Source of the DNA: a virus | Taxonomy: Duplodnaviria; Caudoviricetes | Virus record (IMG/VR): IMGVR_UViG_3300010429_000409 | Coordinates: 30,540-94,539 of that record | Strand: one strand, 5' to 3' | Length of the DNA: 64,000 nucleotides | Shown: piece after piece, positions 27,901 to 36,244 of the stretch | How the letters are laid out: each line of letters opens with the position of its first letter | Position numbering within the stretch: position 1 is the stretch's first letter | Program-made: the position numbers and the translations under genes | The notes under the pieces: model-generated | Told to the model about the DNA's origin: nothing | Databases searched by the model: none | The model's input: the letters and a program-made list of their open reading frames with translations, nothing else

Positions 27901-29097
27901 TCAGCTGATGCTGGTGCCGATGTTCTTGCCCTTCACCACCGCATCCAGCTCCTCGAAGTTGAAGTCCAGCTTCACGGTGATGGCGTACTGGTTGACACCC
28001 TTGAAGATGTCCCGATCCTTCTCGATGCGGATGTCACGCCCGATGCCCACGATGTAGTTCTGCTGGTGGGTGAGCAGGATCTGCGGGTTGGAGGTGTAGG
28101 TCACCTTCACGGTGGCCCCATCCCCGATGGTCGAGCCGCTGCGCCGCTTGATCTTGCCGGTGGCGGCGGTCAGCTCATAGTCCGTGGATGCGCTGTAGGC
28201 GTCCAGCGGGGTGCCACTCAGGGTGGCCGGGGTGACCACCACGTTGCTCACCGGAGCGTACAGCAGCTGGGTGTCGGTGGTGCCGTTCAGCACCACGTGC
28301 TCGGTGACCGGCGGCATCAGGTCCAGCAGGGGCAACTCCACCGGGGTGATGCCGAAGGGCTTGTGCATGGAACCACCAGCCGCCTCATCGCCCAGCACGG
28401 TGGTCCGGCTGGCCAGCTTCTCCAGATACAGCTGGTACACATCGCTGGAGAGATAGAACCGGAGATCACCCTTGTTGCGCCGGAACTTGGTGGGCAGCGC
28501 CCGCAGCATGGCGCTGAAGGTGCTCAGGCTGATGTTGGCCGCCAGCTGGTCCACCACGTGCGCGCCGTCCGCCAGCTTCATCCAGCCATTGGTCAGGGCC
28601 AGGTAGGTGTCCTTGACGTACTTGGTGGCGCTGCCGCCGTCCACCAGGTCGCCCTCCAGGATGGCCGGGCCGAGGGTGTTGCCGTTGAGGCCCAGCTCCT
28701 CCATGTCGTTGGCCAGCTGCGTGGCCATCATCTTGATGATGTGGTCCTCCACGCTGGCACCCTCGATGTTCACGTCCATGAAGGTGTCGCTGATCTCGAA
28801 CGGCACCATGACCTCCCTGGGCTGCAGGGTGATCTTGCTGGTGCTGATGCCCCTGCGCACGGAGGGGGCAGACGCCTCCGCCTTGGGCACCGCCACGCGC
28901 CGCCCGATGCCGATCTTGTCGATCTCCAGCTGCTCGTTGCGGAAGCGCACGATGCGGGCGTTGTTCTTCAGCACGGACTCGTCCACCACGTAGTCGATGA
29001 ACTTGTCGGACTGGGCCGGGTTCAGCTTGCCTGCGGCCGCCAGCGCGTCCGTGGCGATGATGGCCTTCTGGATCAGTTCCTGATTGGGAATGCTCAT
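27901..29097 (-). CDS. Major capsid protein (HK97 fold, PBSX XkdG-like) with internal beta-domain insertion
   Basis: GKLNPAQSDKFID...EIDKIGIGRR...NIEG...LANDMEELGLNGN...LLTHQQNYIVGIGRDIRIE. ATG 29097 with AGGAGGAA RBS. Confidence 0.93.
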   Translation of the reverse strand: MSIPNQELIQKAIIATDALAAAGKLNPAQSDKFIDYVVDESVLKNNARIVRFRNEQLEIDKIGIGRRVAVPKAEASAPSVRRGISTSKITLQPREVMVPFEISDTFMDVNIEGASVEDHIIKMMATQLANDMEELGLNGNTLGPAILEGDLVDGGSATKYVKDTYLALTNGWMKLADGAHVVDQLAANISLSTFSAMLRALPTKFRRNKGDLRFYLSSDVYQLYLEKLASRTTVLGDEAAGGSMHKPFGITPVELPLLDLMPPVTEHVVLNGTTDTQLLYAPVSNVVVTPATLSGTPLDAYSASTDYELTAATGKIKRRSGSTIGDGATVKVTYTSNPQILLTHQQNYIVGIGRDIRIEKDRDIFKGVNQYAITVKLDFNFEELDAVVKGKNIGTSIS

Positions 29098-29156
29098 CTG
29101 TTCCTCCTGTGGGTTTCTTTCGTCCCTGGGTTCTTTGGTCACGCCATCTGACACAG

Positions 29157-30023
29157 CTAGATCACGCCGTGCCAAAAACTCTTCTGCACGTTCTTGTTCT
29201 TGTCGTCGGTGCCGCCACTCCCCTCGATGGACTGGGAAGGCACACGCGCCTTCTCAATCACCTCCAACCGCCCCATCAGCGCGTCCAGATTCTTCTGGAC
29301 AGCGGTGATCTGCTGCCGCAGCTCATCGGCCGAGGCATCGACCTTCGGAGCCTCCACCTTGGGCTCCGCCTCGGGCGCGGGCTTGGTCACATCCTCGGCC
29401 TTGGTCACGGACACAGGGGCAGGCCCGGCCGGAGGCTGGATGCCACTGGACAGGTCGGGCTTGAAGGCGCCGCCCATCTTGTCGTGAACTTCCTTCAGCA
29501 CGTTGGTATCCACCTCGCCCAGCAGGTCCGCCAGGCTCAGAATCACATCCTTGAGCGCCTGGGTCCGGCTGCCGGTGAACACCTTGGCCTTGCGCAACTC
29601 CGCAAGAGTGCCGTTCACCTTGACATCGCCCTCCGGGGTGACGCTCATGGTGTAGGCATCCGTCTTGGCAACGGGCTCCGCCTCGGGCTTGGGAGCCTCG
29701 GGCGCGGGCTCCGGCTTGGCGTCGGGCACAGGCGCCTCGGGCTTGGGAGCCTCGGGCGCGGGCTCCGGCTTGGCCTCCACCTCGGGCTTGGTCACATCAC
29801 CTTCCGGCTTGCCAGCCTCGGGCTCCGCCTTCTTCACAGCCTCTGGCGCCGTGGCCGCGCTCTTCACTTCCTTGGGAGCTGCCATGGGTTCCTCCTCCAT
29901 TCGTTTGACGATCAAAAACTTGCGTTGAATTGCCGGTTTGTCAACCAGCGACACCTCATTGACCTCCAGGTCAACGATGCGTCTCACACCCTTCATTTCC
30001 TCTTCACTCTTTTTTTGGCTCAT
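29157..30023 (-). CDS. Capsid scaffolding protein
   Basis: Between protease and capsid; disordered PEAPK linker, coiled coil, C-terminal VQKSFWHGVI*. Confidence 0.8.
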   Translation of the reverse strand: MSQKKSEEEMKGVRRIVDLEVNEVSLVDKPAIQRKFLIVKRMEEEPMAAPKEVKSAATAPEAVKKAEPEAGKPEGDVTKPEVEAKPEPAPEAPKPEAPVPDAKPEPAPEAPKPEAEPVAKTDAYTMSVTPEGDVKVNGTLAELRKAKVFTGSRTQALKDVILSLADLLGEVDTNVLKEVHDKMGGAFKPDLSSGIQPPAGPAPVSVTKAEDVTKPAPEAEPKVEAPKVDASADELRQQITAVQKNLDALMGRLEVIEKARVPSQSIEGSGGTDDKNKNVQKSFWHGVI

Positions 30024-30034
30024 AGCAACTCCAG

Positions 30035-30067
30035 ATTTTAGTCCAATGGGGTGGCCAAGGGAAATTT
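30035..30067 (-). promoter_or_regulatory. Candidate late promoter upstream of scaffold/capsid
   Basis: AAATTT-N21-TAAAAT containing TGGCCACC; same layout at 37616-37648. Confidence 0.35.
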
Positions 30068-30644
30068 ACACCAATGTGGCCATCCCACCGATGCTGTATC
30101 CGGTGATCTCCCCTGCCTTGATTTTCTTCCACACACTCTCATCCAGCACTTTGACCACCATGAGCCACGAACCCTTCTTGACCGGCTGGTCCTGCACGGT
30201 CATGTCAACCAGAGAAATGTAGCTTTGCGCCAGTTCAACTCCGATGTTCCCAAACAAGCGGTGCATCAAGCCCAGCTTGGTTTCACGATTATAGCTGGCC
30301 AGGAAGGCATGGGCAGCTTCCTCAATCACATCTGAGTTGATGGTGTCGTTTTGAGCATCCACTTCATCTGGTTCTAAAACAACACCATAAACAAGCCGTT
30401 TTTCTGAATCAATCTTGGCAATAGCTACGTTGCATTTCACCTCCGCGTTGTAGCTCTTGGGTTGCACTTCGCCCTGGGAATCGTGAACGCTGTCCATGTT
30501 GACACCCTCTTGTTTCTTTGGCGCAGCACCCGCTGGTGCTTCGCTTTCAGACTTGGTCACCACAACACGCACACGGTGCAACTGCGTCGCACGCTCCGTT
30601 TTGGAAATTGTGCGTCTTGGCAACCGTTCTCTTTTCATCACCAT
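30066..30644 (-). CDS. Prohead serine protease, XkdF-like
   Basis: EKRLVYGVVLEPDEVDAQND...AAHAFL...LMH...KGSWL...WKKIKAGEITGYSIGG. Start uncertain. Confidence 0.9.
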   Translation of the reverse strand: MVMKRERLPRRTISKTERATQLHRVRVVVTKSESEAPAGAAPKKQEGVNMDSVHDSQGEVQPKSYNAEVKCNVAIAKIDSEKRLVYGVVLEPDEVDAQNDTINSDVIEEAAHAFLASYNRETKLGLMHRLFGNIGVELAQSYISLVDMTVQDQPVKKGSWLMVVKVLDESVWKKIKAGEITGYSIGGMATLV

Positions 30645-30655
30645 GGCGACACCCT

Positions 30656-31693
30656 TCAAACCATGTCCACAGTACACCGACAATTGAGGTGGAATGGAGG
30701 CATGCTGAACCCCTCTGCCATCAGCGCATCGGAATCACTTGCCCCTGAATCCCCAGCCTTTGGCGAAATGTCCAACAGCTTTTCCGGATTCAACCACGGG
30801 TGGATGTCCGCCACGTCATCAGGCGTCTTGGCATCAACCTCTTCCTCCACAGCCTGAATCCCTTTTGAAACAGAGAATGTCTTTCCATCCATGTGCGAAC
30901 ACACCTCGCACGTCCGTTCATCAATCGGATTCACGATGACATACTGTTGGATGTTCAATTCTTCAAAGCTACGCAGTTGCCCCTGGACTCTGCTCACAGT
31001 CACCGCATTGTTCACAACGCCTTCCAGGTAGGATGACGCTGTGCCAACATACCCTTCAGGGCTCTCAACACGCTCCATGACCCGTTCCAGCTTTTCGCGC
31101 AGCTTGTCTCTGCCCATCTCGCCAGCGCCTCCGGCCTCAAGAACTTCTTTGGATGCGCCCCTGATGGCCCGCTGCACCCGGGTCCCATACAGATCGCCAA
31201 TCCAAAAAGTCTCGTGCCTTCTCAGCGCCTCAATGGCCTTCTTGTCTTTCACGCCCAAAACGGGTTTGGCTGTGGCTTTGGCCTTCTGCACATCTTCTTT
31301 TTCAGCAGCTGCTTCCTCCTGGTTGTACTGCAGACTGCGCTTCATCTTCCCCGAGGCTTTCTTGAACCCAGCATCCCGGGCCAGCTTGTAGGTTTGCTCA
31401 ACCCCTTCCAAATAGGTGTCCAGCACTTCATCTGACCAATCGCCAAAGATGCCATCAACAACTTCCATGATGTCGCCCAGGCTGGCATCCTTTTCAAACA
31501 TCGGGAGGGTCTTATCAACAGCTTTTTTGACCCTGGCCATCCATGTGCCACGCATCAGCTTCCGCAGCCTGTTCTCAATCGCAGCAATCCTTGTGATCTC
31601 ATCACTGCGCGCTGCCTTCAAGAGCAAGTCCTCAACACGCTCCAGGCGCTTGTAGATGGCAACCTTGCTGCCGCTGTGGCCCTGGCAGGTCAT
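30656..31693 (-). CDS. Head morphogenesis protein (SPP1 gp7 / Mu gpF-like)
   Basis: DERTCEVCSHMDGK...PPFHLNCRC. Confidence 0.88.
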   Translation of the reverse strand: MTCQGHSGSKVAIYKRLERVEDLLLKAARSDEITRIAAIENRLRKLMRGTWMARVKKAVDKTLPMFEKDASLGDIMEVVDGIFGDWSDEVLDTYLEGVEQTYKLARDAGFKKASGKMKRSLQYNQEEAAAEKEDVQKAKATAKPVLGVKDKKAIEALRRHETFWIGDLYGTRVQRAIRGASKEVLEAGGAGEMGRDKLREKLERVMERVESPEGYVGTASSYLEGVVNNAVTVSRVQGQLRSFEELNIQQYVIVNPIDERTCEVCSHMDGKTFSVSKGIQAVEEEVDAKTPDDVADIHPWLNPEKLLDISPKAGDSGASDSDALMAEGFSMPPFHLNCRCTVDMV

Positions 31694-33396
31694 TTCTTCC
31701 CGCCCTCCGCCTCACCACCCGCTCCGCCTTCCAGCTCATTGATGAGGCCCAGACGCAAATCAATCAATCGCTGGACAGCATCAAATGGGTTGGTGATGGC
31801 ATGCTTCATGGCGGTCACCTGTTGTCCAACCTCATTCGGCATGGCCATGTTCTTCACAGCCTCTGCCATGGTCATGGAGAATGGGATGTCCAACGGCACA
31901 GAGGCATCCATGGATGGGAGGTCCTGCCCCAAAACAGCTTCCAGGATCATCCTGGCTGTGCGCGGAGTCATGCCACCAGACCGCTCCGCACCTGACATGA
32001 TGCTGATGAGGCTTGTGTTGTCCGTGACGTTGGGCGAATTGGACTTGTATTTGTGGTACACGATGCCCATTTCAGGGAACAAGCGCCGATTCATCCAGGC
32101 ATCAAACTCATCCCGCTCCGGAGCAAACACCTGCTCATCTGCTAGCACCCGGCTGGACTCAGCTGTTGCCCGGGTGTAGTCATCGCTCCGACCCACAAAG
32201 ATTGGAGGCAGACGGAATGCCCGCCTGATCTTGTCTTGGTTGTTCTGCGAATACTGTTGGAACAACGCATCCGTGTGCTGAAGCGCCACCAGCGGTTTGA
32301 CATCGATCTTGACCTGGCCACCATCCTCGCCTTCATAGGATGATTCGCCCTCCAAGATCAAAAACTTGCTGTAATTGTCAGAGCCTTGGATCTGGCTTTC
32401 AACAAACTCCTTGATGCGGTCGATTGAAGCTTGGGTCAGCATCCCATTCGACACGGCAATCATCATCGACGGGATGTTGTTGTTCTTGAACGTGGTGAAG
32501 TTGATTTCCTCGGATGCCCGATCACCAAAGATGGACAGCAGATTCCCGATGTACCTGGGGACACCATATGGCGTCCTGGGAGCGTAGTTGCGAAAGTGCA
32601 CCAGCTCAGTCGCACGCTTGGTCACATCCAAAGGCGCTTGCGCCAATTCGCCTGTGGTGCAATCATACACCCTTGGGTCACCAAATTCCTTGTACCACCG
32701 CTTGGCACTGGAACCCACCCACCCAAGGCTTCTCAGCTGCGTCTGCTTGGATTGGACATAGCGCCGAAATCTCTTCCACGTTTTGACCTTGACCACCTTG
32801 ATGGAACCATCCTGCTGCAGCTCCAGCAAGGGCACCTCAACCTCAAAAGGCTGTTCCTCCACAGGTGTCAGGCGCACTTGATAGGATGGGACGTGATTCA
32901 ACCCTTGGATTTTGCCATCCAACCCTCGGACAACTTCCATGCACCCATTCCCATTCAACTCCAAATCCTTCCTGATCTTCCTCCGGGTCATGGTGAAGCT
33001 GTCTTCAATTGATGCATATGCAAAAAAGTTTTCCAGCCGGATGCGCTCTTGATTCACTTCATTCTTCAGCCCATCCGGAGGATTCTTGTCCATGTCAACA
33101 CGCGGGATGAACCTGTGTCCAAACCCGTCAATGTTGATTTCCATGGCCTCGATGCACTGATTCAACTCGGTGCTGTGCTCATTCAGCATCGACAACACAA
33201 GCAGATCAAACGGTGGCTCAACAATTTCACCCTTGGCCACCATCGCACCCAAATCATCTGTGGTGGAACCAGCCGGTTTGACCTCCCCGCCCTGCGCATC
33301 CTGTTTGGTGATTGGAAGCACCAACACACGGACACGGCCCATAGCCTTCTGGTTCCCGGTTGCCGCCTTCTTGTTTGCTTCGCCCAAGCCTTCCAT
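31690..33396 (-). CDS. Portal protein (PBSX-family-like)
   Basis: VEPPFD..L, DLELNGNG.MEV.R, ELVHF......YGVPRYI, FKNNNIP, AFRLPPIFVGRSDDYTRATA. Confidence 0.92.
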   Translation of the reverse strand: MEGLGEANKKAATGNQKAMGRVRVLVLPITKQDAQGGEVKPAGSTTDDLGAMVAKGEIVEPPFDLLVLSMLNEHSTELNQCIEAMEINIDGFGHRFIPRVDMDKNPPDGLKNEVNQERIRLENFFAYASIEDSFTMTRRKIRKDLELNGNGCMEVVRGLDGKIQGLNHVPSYQVRLTPVEEQPFEVEVPLLELQQDGSIKVVKVKTWKRFRRYVQSKQTQLRSLGWVGSSAKRWYKEFGDPRVYDCTTGELAQAPLDVTKRATELVHFRNYAPRTPYGVPRYIGNLLSIFGDRASEEINFTTFKNNNIPSMMIAVSNGMLTQASIDRIKEFVESQIQGSDNYSKFLILEGESSYEGEDGGQVKIDVKPLVALQHTDALFQQYSQNNQDKIRRAFRLPPIFVGRSDDYTRATAESSRVLADEQVFAPERDEFDAWMNRRLFPEMGIVYHKYKSNSPNVTDNTSLISIMSGAERSGGMTPRTARMILEAVLGQDLPSMDASVPLDIPFSMTMAEAVKNMAMPNEVGQQVTAMKHAITNPFDAVQRLIDLRLGLINELEGGAGGEAEGGKK

Positions 33397-33406
33397 GTGC
33401 CACCTC

Positions 33407-34873
33407 TCAGATCAATCCTGGCTCTTTTTCTCTGCGGCGCCGCTTCCCCTTGGATCTGGAAGCCCGGATGGCGTTGTCCAACGCATCAAACAGGTCCTTG
33501 AATCGACCATTCGGGAACCCAACCAATTGGTCAATCAGCCCTTCATTCCCCGGCAGGAAGAACATGCGCTTGTCCTCGAACAAAGATGTCAATTTCCAAG
33601 CCCGGGTGATTTTGTCCTCTTGGGTGTTGATTGGAAGCACCCTGATGTCCTTGTTCCGGTCCTTCAACTCCTGGGCCAATGCCAACTGATATGCATTCGT
33701 CTCAACACCCATGAAGATGGGGTCATGACGCTTGAACCAATCTTCAAGAAAGTGCACCTGTTGTTTGAATCGGAGGTGGCCGGCAAACGATTCCAAGATG
33801 TAATAATTGAGCTGTTGTGTGACTGCCAGGGCCACAGCGGCAAACTGGTCAGCAGAATCCTTCTGTGAGATTGCCAGGTCAACGCCCACGTACAATTTCA
33901 CTCCGGACGGAACATCGGCAGCAACAGCAGGTTGGCAGTCATCGTATTGGAACACCTCGCCCTTCATGGCCTCTGTGTCGCATTGATACTGGGCATTGAA
34001 AATGATGGTCCCTGACTTCTTGCGTTTTTCAATGAACCACTCAGGCGCATATTTCTCAGGCCATGGACTTCGCCCTTGGTCATCCAGCGCCCTGACAATG
34101 TTGTGGTCGTTGGCCAATTCATTTTTGATCAGATGGCCATACAGGTCCTCATAGTGATAGCGCGTCCCAAGTCGGTGGTGCTCCCCTCTGAATTCAACTT
34201 CAGGGTCCGGAGGCTCCAAGCATGGGTCCAGCGTTTGATAATACCACGTCCGGACACGGTCACGCATGTGCTTGGTCCGGCTGTTCTCTTCATCCACCAA
34301 GTCATCTGAGATGATGACATCATAGTGGCGAGAAACAATTGTGGTCTCAACACCCACGCATGTGATGCTTGCTTCCTTGGTGTGCTTCCTCCGGGGCAGT
34401 ATCTCGATTTCACGGTTGTCCCATTTGGTCACTTTCCGTGGATCGTAGTATTCCCCAAAGATTTCAATCAGCTTGTAGTTGCTTTCAAAATGTCCTTTGA
34501 TTTCCTTCAGGAATCCTTCTGCGTTGGCTGAGGTCTTGCTGGCGATCAAGATGCGCAAGTCAGGATTCTTCAAGAGCATGTGGATGGACTTTGCAACGGT
34601 GCACAGAGTGCTTTTCCCCGCGCCTCGGAACACCAACTGCAGGTTGTCACGATGCTCGAATTGATACTTGAGCAAGGCAAGATGGAATGGCCTCACCTGG
34701 TATCCCAAAACGTATTGGGCCAGCAGGTCCACCCGGTTGTTTTCGATGATTTGGCGGCGCAACCATTCTGCCTTCATCTTGTGATAGTGCGCCAAATACT
34801 CTATGAGTTCAGACCGCTCTGCTTCAGCGAGCATGTTTGGATTGGCTGAGATGGTCTGAACTTTGGGCGCCAT
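33407..34873 (-). CDS. terL: Terminase large subunit
   Basis: Walker A RGAGKST, Walker B IISDDL, GTRYH..DLYG, nuclease GVDLA...DLFDAL. ATG 34873 overlaps the upstream TGA. Confidence 0.93.
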   Translation of the reverse strand: MAPKVQTISANPNMLAEAERSELIEYLAHYHKMKAEWLRRQIIENNRVDLLAQYVLGYQVRPFHLALLKYQFEHRDNLQLVFRGAGKSTLCTVAKSIHMLLKNPDLRILIASKTSANAEGFLKEIKGHFESNYKLIEIFGEYYDPRKVTKWDNREIEILPRRKHTKEASITCVGVETTIVSRHYDVIISDDLVDEENSRTKHMRDRVRTWYYQTLDPCLEPPDPEVEFRGEHHRLGTRYHYEDLYGHLIKNELANDHNIVRALDDQGRSPWPEKYAPEWFIEKRKKSGTIIFNAQYQCDTEAMKGEVFQYDDCQPAVAADVPSGVKLYVGVDLAISQKDSADQFAAVALAVTQQLNYYILESFAGHLRFKQQVHFLEDWFKRHDPIFMGVETNAYQLALAQELKDRNKDIRVLPINTQEDKITRAWKLTSLFEDKRMFFLPGNEGLIDQLVGFPNGRFKDLFDALDNAIRASRSKGKRRRREKEPGLI

Positions 34874-35142
34874 CAGATCACACCTTCCCAAAATCCCTTC
34901 TTGACTTCGCCCGCCTCTTCAAGGTCTGCCTTGAGATCATGATCCTTGAGCCACTTTTTGGCCTCGGCCGGTGTCCACTTTTTCTTGTCAAAGCGCAACG
35001 ATTGCAGGCCGGTTGTGCCATCTTCCCTGTATCCAATGATGGCGTCAATGCCATCAGGGTATCCCTTTGGGTGGATGCGAACAAACCGCTCAAACTGTTC
35101 TGGGTCCAACTGCCGGGCGGCATGTTCGCTGGGATACGGCAT
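34873..35142 (-). CDS. 89-aa protein with scaffold-type C-terminal tag
   Basis: ATG 35142 with GAGG; MPYPSEHAARQLDP...LQSLRFDKKKWTPAEAKKWLKDH...EVKKGFWEGVI*. Confidence 0.7.
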   Translation of the reverse strand: MPYPSEHAARQLDPEQFERFVRIHPKGYPDGIDAIIGYREDGTTGLQSLRFDKKKWTPAEAKKWLKDHDLKADLEEAGEVKKGFWEGVI

Positions 35143-35150
35143 AACCAACC

Positions 35151-35504
35151 TCACGCACCAGCAACCAGGATCTTGGTCGAGCCTCCGCCTGTTCCAGCTG
35201 TGACAGCAACCAAGATGATGCAGCTGTCCACATCCAAGGCAAACTGGCTGGGCGTGTTCGCTCCAGCAGCGCCATACGTGGTGGCGCCTGTGGAAATGAA
35301 CTTGCCTGCCTCATCCGACCACGACAACACCTTGAGGGTCGGATTGGCACCTCCAGATGGCACGGCCTGGATCACCGCTCGCTTGTAGCCCTTCATGTTC
35401 ATGCCCTGCGCCTTTTCGGTGATGTCGGCCACATCATCGGCCACAACCACACGGTGCAGGTTGAACTCGGGCGCTTCAGCCGGGCTGCGTTTGGTATCTG
35501 CCAT
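35151..35504 (-). CDS. Small beta-rich hypothetical (possibly virion) protein
   Basis: RBS GGAGGAA; 117 aa. Confidence 0.55.
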   Translation of the reverse strand: MADTKRSPAEAPEFNLHRVVVADDVADITEKAQGMNMKGYKRAVIQAVPSGGANPTLKVLSWSDEAGKFISTGATTYGAAGANTPSQFALDVDSCIILVAVTAGTGGGSTKILVAGA

Positions 35505-35528
35505 GTGACATTCCTCCGAATGAGAAAG

Positions 35529-35590
35529 GTGGCGCCCGGGAAATCACAGCCGATGCGGGGGGTACAACGGCCACGATTCCCGGGCGCCAC
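35529..35590. promoter_or_regulatory. Intergenic GC-rich stem-loop
   Basis: GTGGCGCCCGGGAAATC ... GATTCCCGGGCGCCAC. Confidence 0.5.
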
Positions 35591-35618
35591 TAGCCTTGGA
35601 TCAGCACCCGCCCTGGGA

Positions 35619-35924
35619 TCAACCCTCCACAGCGTAGTGCACCAGCTCACCGGACACGTTGAGGTCCGTGTCGGCACCCAGCCTGAAGCCATCGCTCAGA
35701 GGGGTGATGCCGTTGGTGCTGGCCAGGATGATCTGCGTGGTGTCCGCATTCACCTGCTTGAGGGCGGAGGCATCCGCCATCCCCTCCATCCACTCGCCCA
35801 GGACCAGACCGCCCGCGTTGATGAGCTTCACGTGGACGGGCCGGAAGCCAACCGTGCGGACATCCAGCTGGGCTCCGGTGCCGTAGAACGCCCCACACAC
35901 CTTCCGCATGCTGCCTGACGCCAT
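35619..35924 (-). CDS. Small beta-rich hypothetical (possibly virion) protein
   Basis: RBS AAGGAGG; YGTGA.....VGFRP..V...GF.LG...DLN.SGE..HY. Confidence 0.55.
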   Translation of the reverse strand: MASGSMRKVCGAFYGTGAQLDVRTVGFRPVHVKLINAGGLVLGEWMEGMADASALKQVNADTTQIILASTNGITPLSDGFRLGADTDLNVSGELVHYAVEG

Positions 35925-35938
35925 GACCAACCTCCTTG

Positions 35939-36244
35939 TCACACCCCTTGATGACCGTTCCCAGAACCATTCTGGTCACAGTCTGCGGCATCCCTGCCGC
36001 TTGGGGTCTTGAGAGCATCCATCATTTTGTGGATGCAACTTGGACAGATTCTGATGCCATCAGCCGGAATGGCGATGGCTGTTTCAACGACAGCCGAACA
36101 GAAAGAACAACGCAACACCCACCTCAGACTCTTCCCGTTGATGGCAGGTTGCTCGGCCTCCCGCCACACGTTCCAAGACGGTGTGGAATCTTCTTTGGAG
36201 AAGTTGATCACCACCATGCCCATCTGTCTTTTCCGTCCTTCCAT
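35939..36244 (-). CDS. Protein with ClpX-type C4 zinc finger
   Basis: CSFCS...IRICPSCI. Confidence 0.5.
   Translation of the reverse strand: MEGRKRQMGMVVINFSKEDSTPSWNVWREAEQPAINGKSLRWVLRCSFCSAVVETAIAIPADGIRICPSCIHKMMDALKTPSGRDAADCDQNGSGNGHQGV

Noticed and set aside
30066-30068. Genome-wide stop-codon reassignment
   Set aside because: Standard-code ORFs tile densely and conserved proteins are otherwise intact; only this one in-frame TAA is notable.
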